This document shows positions 54,401 through 63,400 of a stretch of DNA of 64,000 nucleotides, in pieces. Origin of the DNA: Alphaproteobacteria bacterium (GTDB lineage Bacteria > Pseudomonadota > Alphaproteobacteria > GM7ARS4 > G965262615). The DNA lies in assembly GCA_965262615.1 (NCBI GenBank), contig OZ253545.1:1248001-1312000 (forward strand), written 5' to 3'. The position numbers and the translations under genes are program-made. The notes beneath the pieces were generated by a model that had not been told where the DNA came from, ran no database searches, and was given only the letters and a program-made list of their open reading frames with translations. The stretch's first letter is position 1, and each line of letters starts with the position of its first letter.

Positions 54401-57400
54401 GACGCTGTTGCTGCTGACGCTGTCATCCAAGTAGAGCCGCAGCGTTGCGCCCGCATTGAGGTTGAAGTTCTCCAATCCCGAGAATTGGATGCTACTAGAG
54501 CCAGTGGGGATGCTGGTTTCATTGGGATCACTGGAAGAGCCAGCCACATAGGGAGAACCCAACACCAAGGTGCCTCCTCTGCCCACACTGAGGGTATCGG
54601 TTCCTCTGCCAAAGTCGGAGACACCGCCCGCACCGCCGTCTGCTGTGACACTGGGCAGAACCAAAATGCCTCCCGTCACATTGACGGTGTCATCGGAGCT
54701 GACGGCTCTGTTGAAGACAAAGTTACCAACATTGAGACCACCGGTCACATTGACGGTCACCTTGCCAACGAATCCAGAATCCACCTTGCAGGCATCGGTG
54801 TCATTGGTGGTATCGGCGTCGTTACAAACGGCGGCGTTCAAATCCAGCGTGCTGAGATCCACATCGGGCGAATCCAAGTCCTCAAAGTTAAAGCGATCGG
54901 CATGAACGAGAGCGGCTGTGCGCACGACTCCGCCACTGAAATTAATGACAGCCGTATCACTGGCTGGGTCACCATCTATCTGCGAGAATATGACAGCATT
55001 TTTGGCAGTGATGTTGCCGTTGTTGGTGATGGTCACCGTTCCGACTCCGCCCAGTTGCTGAACAAAGATGGCATCGTTGCCACCCCCCACATTGATGCTG
55101 CCGTTATTGACGACAATGGTTGCCCCCGCCTCATGTTGACTGGCAGAAATTCCAATGAGTTCCGAGCCGCAATTTGCGCCATTGGTAACGGCGATGCACA
55201 CTTCATCAAATCCGATTCTGGCATTGTTGGTGACATGCAACCGCCCCGCTCCCAATGAGTTGGCACTGAGAGCGATCATGGCGTTGCTGTAGTTAGCGGT
55301 GTTGCCAATCTTTCTGAAGAAGATGTTGCCCGCATTGGTGACGGTGGCGGCTTTAGCCGAGTTGACAAAAATGCCCGCTTGCTCGGAGGCTCGCACATAG
55401 ACATCTTTTTTGTCGTCATCGGCGGTTCTCACCTGATTATTGACGGTGAGATTGCCTCTGACTTCCGACAATGAGCTGCGTCCATCAACATAAATGCCGT
55501 AGCCGCTGCCCGTCAGATTGACATGACTGACAAGGTTATCAAGATTGAGGACGAATCCTGTTTCCACAAACCCGGTTTGGGCCTCATCTCCGAGGGTCAC
55601 GACCCCCAATCTCTCAAGAATACCAATCAGGCTGATTCCAGAGTTGAATTCATTTGATCCCAGGACACCCCCCGAGCAATTCACGATCTCTCCTCCGAGA
55701 CGGCAATCCATCTGTGAGACATTGAAATTGGGAGCACCCGTGGTCACCCATCCGAGATTCAGTGAGTCAAAGCCTCTGATGGTCAAATACGATGCAACGG
55801 AGAGGATTTGCCCATCCTGAATAATCCGCACCCTTGATGCCATGTCACGCAGCGATTCCGCCGTCACGCCGGCGCTTGCCACTGAACCGGGATTAGTCCG
55901 ATAGATTCTTTGTGTCGCAATGATGGTAAAATCGGGGCGAGGGACACGGCCAGCACCTTCCAAAGCAAATCCACTGGGCAGATGAATCCGAATGATGGGA
56001 GCATTATTTCCCCTGCCTTGGAATGCCACTTGACCTTGCACTTTGAATGCCTTTGCATCCAACGCTCCGAGGGCGACTCTCAATGCGGTTTGGGCGGCTC
56101 TGATTTGTGCCTGCGTGCTGCTGCTGTTGGCGGTGACTGTGCTCAGGTTTGCTTGTGCGGTGGTCCATGCGCTGTATGCGGCATTGAATCCGCTGTCCAG
56201 GAACAGTGTCAGGCTTGCGCTATTGCTGAAGGTGACTGATTCCAAGCCGTTGAGTTGCACATCGTCAGAGCCATCGGTGGCATTGCCGGCGATGATTTGT
56301 GCTCGGTCACGAACGATGAGGCTATCGTCTCCAGCCCCAAAGTTGAATGGGCTACCGAGGGTAAACTTGGCACTATCGGAGACGGTGACGGTATCATTGC
56401 CTCGTCCCAGCGACAAAGACCCCATAACATCCGTGCTACTGATATTGAGATTGACTTTGAAATTGGCTGTGGAGCTGGTTGTCACGATTTCTCCAGCGGT
56501 GATGTCGCCGCCCGTGAGATTGATGGTCACCGTCTGCGAGCTGCTTCCTGTGTTTGCGATTCGCACTGCGCTGTGGTCATCTTGCACGGTGATATTGCCA
56601 GAGCTGGTAATGGTGACATCGCCGCTATTGTTGCCGTGTTCCACATAGAATGCTGCGCCTCTTTGGATGTTGATGTCGCCAGAGTTGGTGATGGTCACCG
56701 TTCCCGAGCCACCATGTTGCACATTGATTCCTCTGTGTCCGCCGCCGCAGCTGATATCGGTGCAGTTGCCGTTAAAGCCGATGGCGGCACTGTTGGTGAT
56801 GGCGACACTTCCCGAGCCCGCCGACACAGCCGTGATGCCAGCCAGATTGTTTCTGTAGGGATTTGACGGACGATTCGCATCGGGACAACTCCCCGTGGTG
56901 ACACAAAGCCATGATGTCGTCCCCTCAGCCCGATGAAAGACGAGGTCGGCGGCATTATTGACGGTCACACCGGCATCAGATTTCACATACAGTGCGGCGA
57001 CATGGGTGGTGATGTGTGCGAGTCCTCTCACAAACACATCCACCTTGTCGGCACTGGCGGTGTTCACCTGATTATTGACGGTGAGATTGCCCGAGAGACT
57101 GCTGCTGAGCGTTGCATCAACGACAATGCCATGCCCGTTCGTATCAATGTTGGATTTGCTTCCCACATTGGCGGCGAGGTCATCAAAGTTGAATGTGGGG
57201 TTGGCGACCGATGATGTGATCCCTGCTGCCTCAAAGATGACAATAGATGCCAATCCATCCTCCACCTCGCTCACGACACCGCCAGAGCAATTGAAGGCAT
57301 TGGTGACACCAGCGGCTGGAGCGCAACCAAAATCAAGGTAAGAAATGTCACCCAGCCACTCCAATTGCAAGGTGCTACCGGATTGGATCACATTGAGTGT

Positions 57401-60400
57401 TCCCTTAAGGCGAGAGCCTCTGTAATACAGGCGCGCATTGGCGGCGACATCAGAAAGAGATGCAACGCTCGCGGTGCCGGCGGTGATGAAGGCAAACCGA
57501 CTGCGCGCGCCCAGCACATACCCATTGGGCAGATAAATCTCCAACCGTGCGGCGCTCTCGCCTGTTCCGTTCAGAGAGTAGGCTCCGCCCAGGTTCAAAA
57601 CGGTGGAATTGGCACTGTCAAAGGAGTCGCCCAGATAAACCCGCAACGCACCACCGGCATTGGCGGTAAAGTTGTCCAATCCCGTGAGTGCGGCTCCGCT
57701 TGTGACGGCGAATGTGCCTCCCTGTTCGGCAATGACGGAATTATTGCCGAGACCAAAATCAGCCGAGCTGCCCACATTGAACGACCCGCCAGTGATTCTA
57801 ACGGTGTCATTGCCAGATCTGAGGTTAAACGAGCCACTCACATCACCGCCCGTGATATTGATATTAAAGTTGGCATTGGATGGACTTTTGACGATGGTGT
57901 CAGCCACCACGCTATTGCCGATATTGACCGTGAATGTGCGCGCCGATGAGGCAGACCCTGCGAATTCGGCGAACACCGACCCCGTGCCAAGAGCGACAGT
58001 GCCGCTGTTGGTGACGGTGATATTCCCGCTATTGTTGGTGTGACTCACATAGATGCCCACACTGTTGGTGGCGACACCGAAATCAATCGCCCCGCTGTTG
58101 GTGATGGTGGCGGCTGTTTGTCCCGTGGTGGAGTTCGTTCCGGTGTGTTCCACGAAGATGCCTCGGTGTCCCGAGCCGCAGTTGGATGTGCAAGAAACAA
58201 AGCCGATGTTTCCTTTATTGGACACGGTGGTAGCCTTGCCTCTTCCAGCAACGGCATGAATACCCCGCATATTATTGACATTGCTTCCTGCGAACACGAG
58301 GGGTGAGTTGCTCTCCACATAGAGGTCGCCGCTTGCTTTGGCGAAGATGGCGGCTCTCTCGGCAGCTCTCACCTGCACCTGTCTTCTTGTTGGGTTTTGG
58401 TTTAGGGTTTCTGTTCTGCTCTCTTTCACTTGATTGAAGACCCGCAGATCTCCCGTGACCAGCGAGCCATTGGCGGTGGCATCAAAGGTCATGCCGTGTC
58501 CTGTGCCTGAGGTGTTCACATTGGCAGAGAGGCCATCCACCCACACACGCAAGCCGCCATCAACGGCTCCTGTGTTTGTGACGAAGTTGGCGTGACCAAA
58601 GAAGCGCGAGAGCAAAAAGCCATTGGTGTATTCGCTACCCGAACCGCCCGTGCAGCTGAAGTCATTGCCGCCTGAGACGCAGGTGAGCCCGCTGGCAGTA
58701 TCCAGCATCGTCAGATTGACTACGAAATTGCCACCGGTATTGCTGAAGGTGCGCGTGAACGGACTGGCGACAACGCCTCCCAGTGTGAATCTGGCTTTGC
58801 TGACAAGACCAGCCGCGTCCGCGATAGTGGTTGTATTGGCACTGATGATGCCATAGTTGCCATTTCCTGTGCCTGTGGGCAGATGCACCACAACGGTGGG
58901 GGCGTTGCTGCCAGAACCCGAGATGCTTGCCGTCCCCGTGATGCTGAAGTTGCCAAACACTTCCAAGATACCGTTGGCATTCAGATTAAAGTTCTCCAGC
59001 CCAGTCAGCGTGACATTTGTGCTGGAAGTTCCCATGATCAATCTGCCACCGTTATTGACGGTGATGGCATCGGTGCCGCCATAGAAGTTAGAAGTGCCGA
59101 CAAGATGGAGTGTGCCGACTTGGAGTGTGCCGCCTTGGGGTGTGTTGCCGCTAACGGTGACGGTGTCATTGTCGTTGTCATCGCTGAACACCAACTGACC
59201 TTTGGCAGTGCCGCCGTTCACATTGACATTGAAAGCGAGGTCTGTGGTTGCGTTGGCGCGCACCAAAGTGCCAACATCCACCGTGCCGCCATTGAAATTG
59301 ACGGTGATGCTGTTGGATGTGGCAGTTCCCGCCGCCACATAAACGGCTCTTGAATTGCTCCCACCCGAGATATTTCCTGTGTTGGTGATGGTGACATTAC
59401 CCAAATCACTACCGCTAAAAACATAAATGGCACGATTGTAGTCAGCATCAGAGCTTCCACCGCTACCAATTGCAATATTGCCACTGTTGACGATGGTGAT
59501 GGTTCCCGTGGCGGCTCCAACCATAATGCCGCGCTGATTAGCTCCACAGTTGCTGGTGCAGGCGGATTCAAAGCCGATGTCAGCCGAGTTGGTGACCATC
59601 GCATTACCCGTGCCCGTTGCCACAACACTCAGACCTCTCATGACGCTGTTATATCCGCCGCCGCTTTTTTCGCCAAAGAACAGATTACCCTCATTGGTGA
59701 CGGTGATATTTCTGTTGGTGATGGCTTTCGCATACAGGGCGGCTTGACTGGCGGCTCTCACATAGGCGGTGAATGCGGGCGATGAGGTGGTTTGATTATT
59801 GACGATGAGATTTCCCGTCACCCGACTGCCGCCCGCAGAGCCATCAATGGTGATGGTGCTGTTCGTGGGTGATTGTGCGTCATTCCAAGCGAGGTCATTG
59901 CCGAGGTTATTGATGTTGACGGTGAGGTCGCCACTATGGATGCCCGAATTGAGGGTGCTGACTTTCTGGAAGAAGCGATTCAAATTAACACCGCCTTGCA
60001 GATACTCCCGCCCCAGATAAGGAGCGTTAAAGTCAGTCCGTCTGGGTCCTGTGCAGGCGAGGGTGCCGCTGGCGAGGGAGCAGGTGAATGCGGACGGATC
60101 CACAACCGAATAGGCATCAGTCCAAGTCAGATTGAGCTTGGTAGTGTCGTTACTGTCTCTATTGAGCGTGAAAGTGGCTCTGTAGGTTGTGTTCCCTTGC
60201 ACCAGTCTGACTCGCCGTGCCATGTCGGTGAGGGTTGTGGCACTGGCTGTGATTGCGGCGGAGGCATCAAAGATAGTGAACTCGGAACGCTGGGTGGCGA
60301 GGGTGTAGTTTTCATGAAGATACACTTCAATGACGGGGGCATTGTTTCCCGTGCCAGCAAAGGCGGTTGTTGCGGCGATGTTGGCGGCGTTAAACGAGGC

Positions 60401-63400
60401 ATCCATGTAGAGTCTCAGCGTGCCACCGGCATTGACATTGAAGTTCTCCAGCCCTGCGATGGTGACTCTGTCGGAGCCATCGGAGGCATTGCCCAAGGCG
60501 ACCGTGCCGCCGCTATTGACATTGATTGTGTCGGCATTGCCGCCGCCGAAGTTGTTGGTGTCGTTTGAGACACCTGCGATAATCAGCGTTCCCGTGCCAC
60601 TGACGGTGACGGTGTCATTGCCGCCGCCCGTGACGATGCGTCCTTGTGCCGTTCCCCCCGTGACACGCATGATAACGGGTGAATTTCCTGAGGAAGAAAC
60701 CAGATTATCGGCTTCCACGCGTCCGCCCGAGACATTGATATTGATGTTGCCCGAAGCCGAAATCGCGCCAAAGGCGGTGGTGTTCGCGCCGCCGAGGATG
60801 ACCCCAGAGCCCGAGTTGGTCATCGTCCCGCCGGTGCTACCAGAAGTCTGCACGACGATTCCTCTGTTGCCGTTGCCGGTGCCACCGGCACCCAAGAAGA
60901 TGTTGCCCTGATTGGTGACCGAGACACTGCCGCTTCCCTTATGGTCGGCGAGAATGCCGATGTGCTGATTGCCGCAGTTAGCAGAACAGCTGGATGACAC
61001 AGTGACGGTGCGGCGAATGGTCTTGGTGGCGGTGCCATTGGAGAATTCAATGACATCCTCAACCCTGCGATTGACAAACCCGATTGACCCCGTGTTGGTG
61101 ACCGTAATTCCGCCACTTCCGCCCGATTCGGCAGAGATTCCGTCAAGGTTGTTGGCGTAGCTGGTGCCATTTTGCACAAACACGAGGTCACCGCCATTGG
61201 TGATACCCACCGAGGCGGCGGCTTTCACATAGAGGGCGGCATTGCCAGAGCCACGCACTTGGATGGCGCGCGGGCTCACGCTGTTGCTTTGATTGGTGAC
61301 GGTGATATTCCCACTGACGCTGTTCGCGCCCGAAGTGCCATCAAGTTCCAAGCCATGCCCTGTGCCAGTGGCTCGGGAGTTGATATCAGCCCCAAGAGTG
61401 CCAATAGCCACACTCACATTGCGCCGATCGCCGCCCAATTCGTCATTGAGATTCACCCCCGACCCCATGCCGAATGCGCTGCCGCCGGCGCAGGTCAGGG
61501 CGGCATCATTGGTGCTGATGGTGCGTGAGCAGTCAACGGAGGGGGCGATGGATGCGGACGCTCTGAGATTCACCCATCGCACTTGCAGATTGTTGGTGTT
61601 GGGGTCTATTCTCACTTCGGCATCGGCGAAAATCTCGCGTGTCCCACGGAAGAAACGCATCCCGAGAGCCAGCCCTTGTGCCGCCGTGATGTCGGCAAGC
61701 CGCAGGTTGAGGGCGTTGTTGCTGGTGATGGTGTTAGGAAGGTTGACATCTCTGGTGGCTCTGTTGAGGGTGACGCTGCCCTGAATGAGGGTAATCCAGC
61801 TGGTGCGGTCGCCGAGCGCGACACCAGAGGGCAGGTGCATCACGATGGTTGTGCCACTGCTGTGCGTTCCATCCACGGTGACATTGGTCGTGCCAGTGAA
61901 GGTCAACCCCGCGTTACTCAAATCGTTGTTGAAATAAAGGTGCAGGGTGCTCAATCCACGCAGATGGAAGTTCTCCAGCCCCGTGATAGTGCCACCGACA
62001 GAAGCCGATGAGCCCACCGTGAGCGTTCCCGTGCCGCCCACCGTCATGGTGTCCGTTCCAGCCCCAAAGGTCAGATTGCCACTGCCGCCGAAGGAGTATG
62101 AACCCCCCGCAAAGCCGTTATTGACAGTAAAGAGAGTGGTTTGCACGCTTTGCCCGCTTTGCCCTCCCTGTGGCACATTGCGTGTGCGCGTGCCTTGATT
62201 GTAGCCGCCGCCGATGTAGAAACTGTCACTGCCTGCGCCCAGATCAATATCACCCCTGACATTCGCCAGTTCCCGCACTTCAACGATGGCATTGCCCGCA
62301 AAGCCAGTGGTATCCACGAGCGTTCCGATGGCGCTGTTGTTGAGTCCTGTTTGCGAGACGCTGATGACTCCCTTGTCACCACTGCGCGTTCCCACCAGTT
62401 TGAAGGCGGTGATGTTCGCGCCCCCTATGATTGTTCCCTTATTGCTGATGGTGATATCAACATTCGCGCTGGCACTGGTGGTATCCACCTCAATGGCGGT
62501 ACTCGCGCTATTGCCGATGCGAATCGTGCCGCTTGTTTCATTGGTAACCCGCACAAAGGATGCACTGGAGCTCTCAGCCTTGACATAAATTCCCTTGTGT
62601 CCCGAGCCACAGTTGGATGTGCAGGCTGAGCTAAAGCCCATGGTGCCGCGATTGATGACGGTGGTGTATTCGCCCAAGCCTTCCACCTGAGCGGCGATAA
62701 GATTGTCGAGGTATGAACCGCCAGCGCGTGCGAAGAAAACCAGTCCCCCATCGTTATCCAGCGTGACATTGCGATCATGTTTGATGAAAGCGGCGGCACT
62801 GCCTATAATCCGTGTTCCGATGTTTACTTTGTCGCTGTCGCTGGTGTTTTTTTGCAGATTGATCCAAAGATTGCCCGGCACCCGTGATTGGTTGGCTGTG
62901 CCATCGGCGATGAATGCGCTATCTATGTTAGAAGTTCCCACATTACCAGCGAGGTCATCCACACTGAGAGTCAAATCACCGGGCACCGAGGTGCTGAGAC
63001 CTGTGGCTTTGGAGAAAAACCGATTCATGTTCAAGCCCCTACTGAATTCGGTACCTCCTGCCGTTCCGTTCTCGCAAGAGAGGGTTGCAGCCGATGCGCT
63101 GTAGGTGCAATCCATGGTGGATGCGGTGGCTGCCGTGCCCAAAGACAGTGCTTCCCATGAGACTCGCAGAGTTTCGCCTGTGCCTTCTAACACCTTGCCG
63201 CCTTGCACAACCATTTGTCCGCCGCCCGCTTGGAACACCCGCAAGGTCATTGAGACGCCCGGCTCGCGGTCAAAGAAATTGATGGCATTGCCCGCGCCGC
63301 TCACATCAATGATGGTGAAGGCGGCGCGCGGCCCCGTGAAGGAGTAGGAATTGGGAATGGTGACATCAATATTGATGTTCTCGGGGACAAAGCTGGGATC

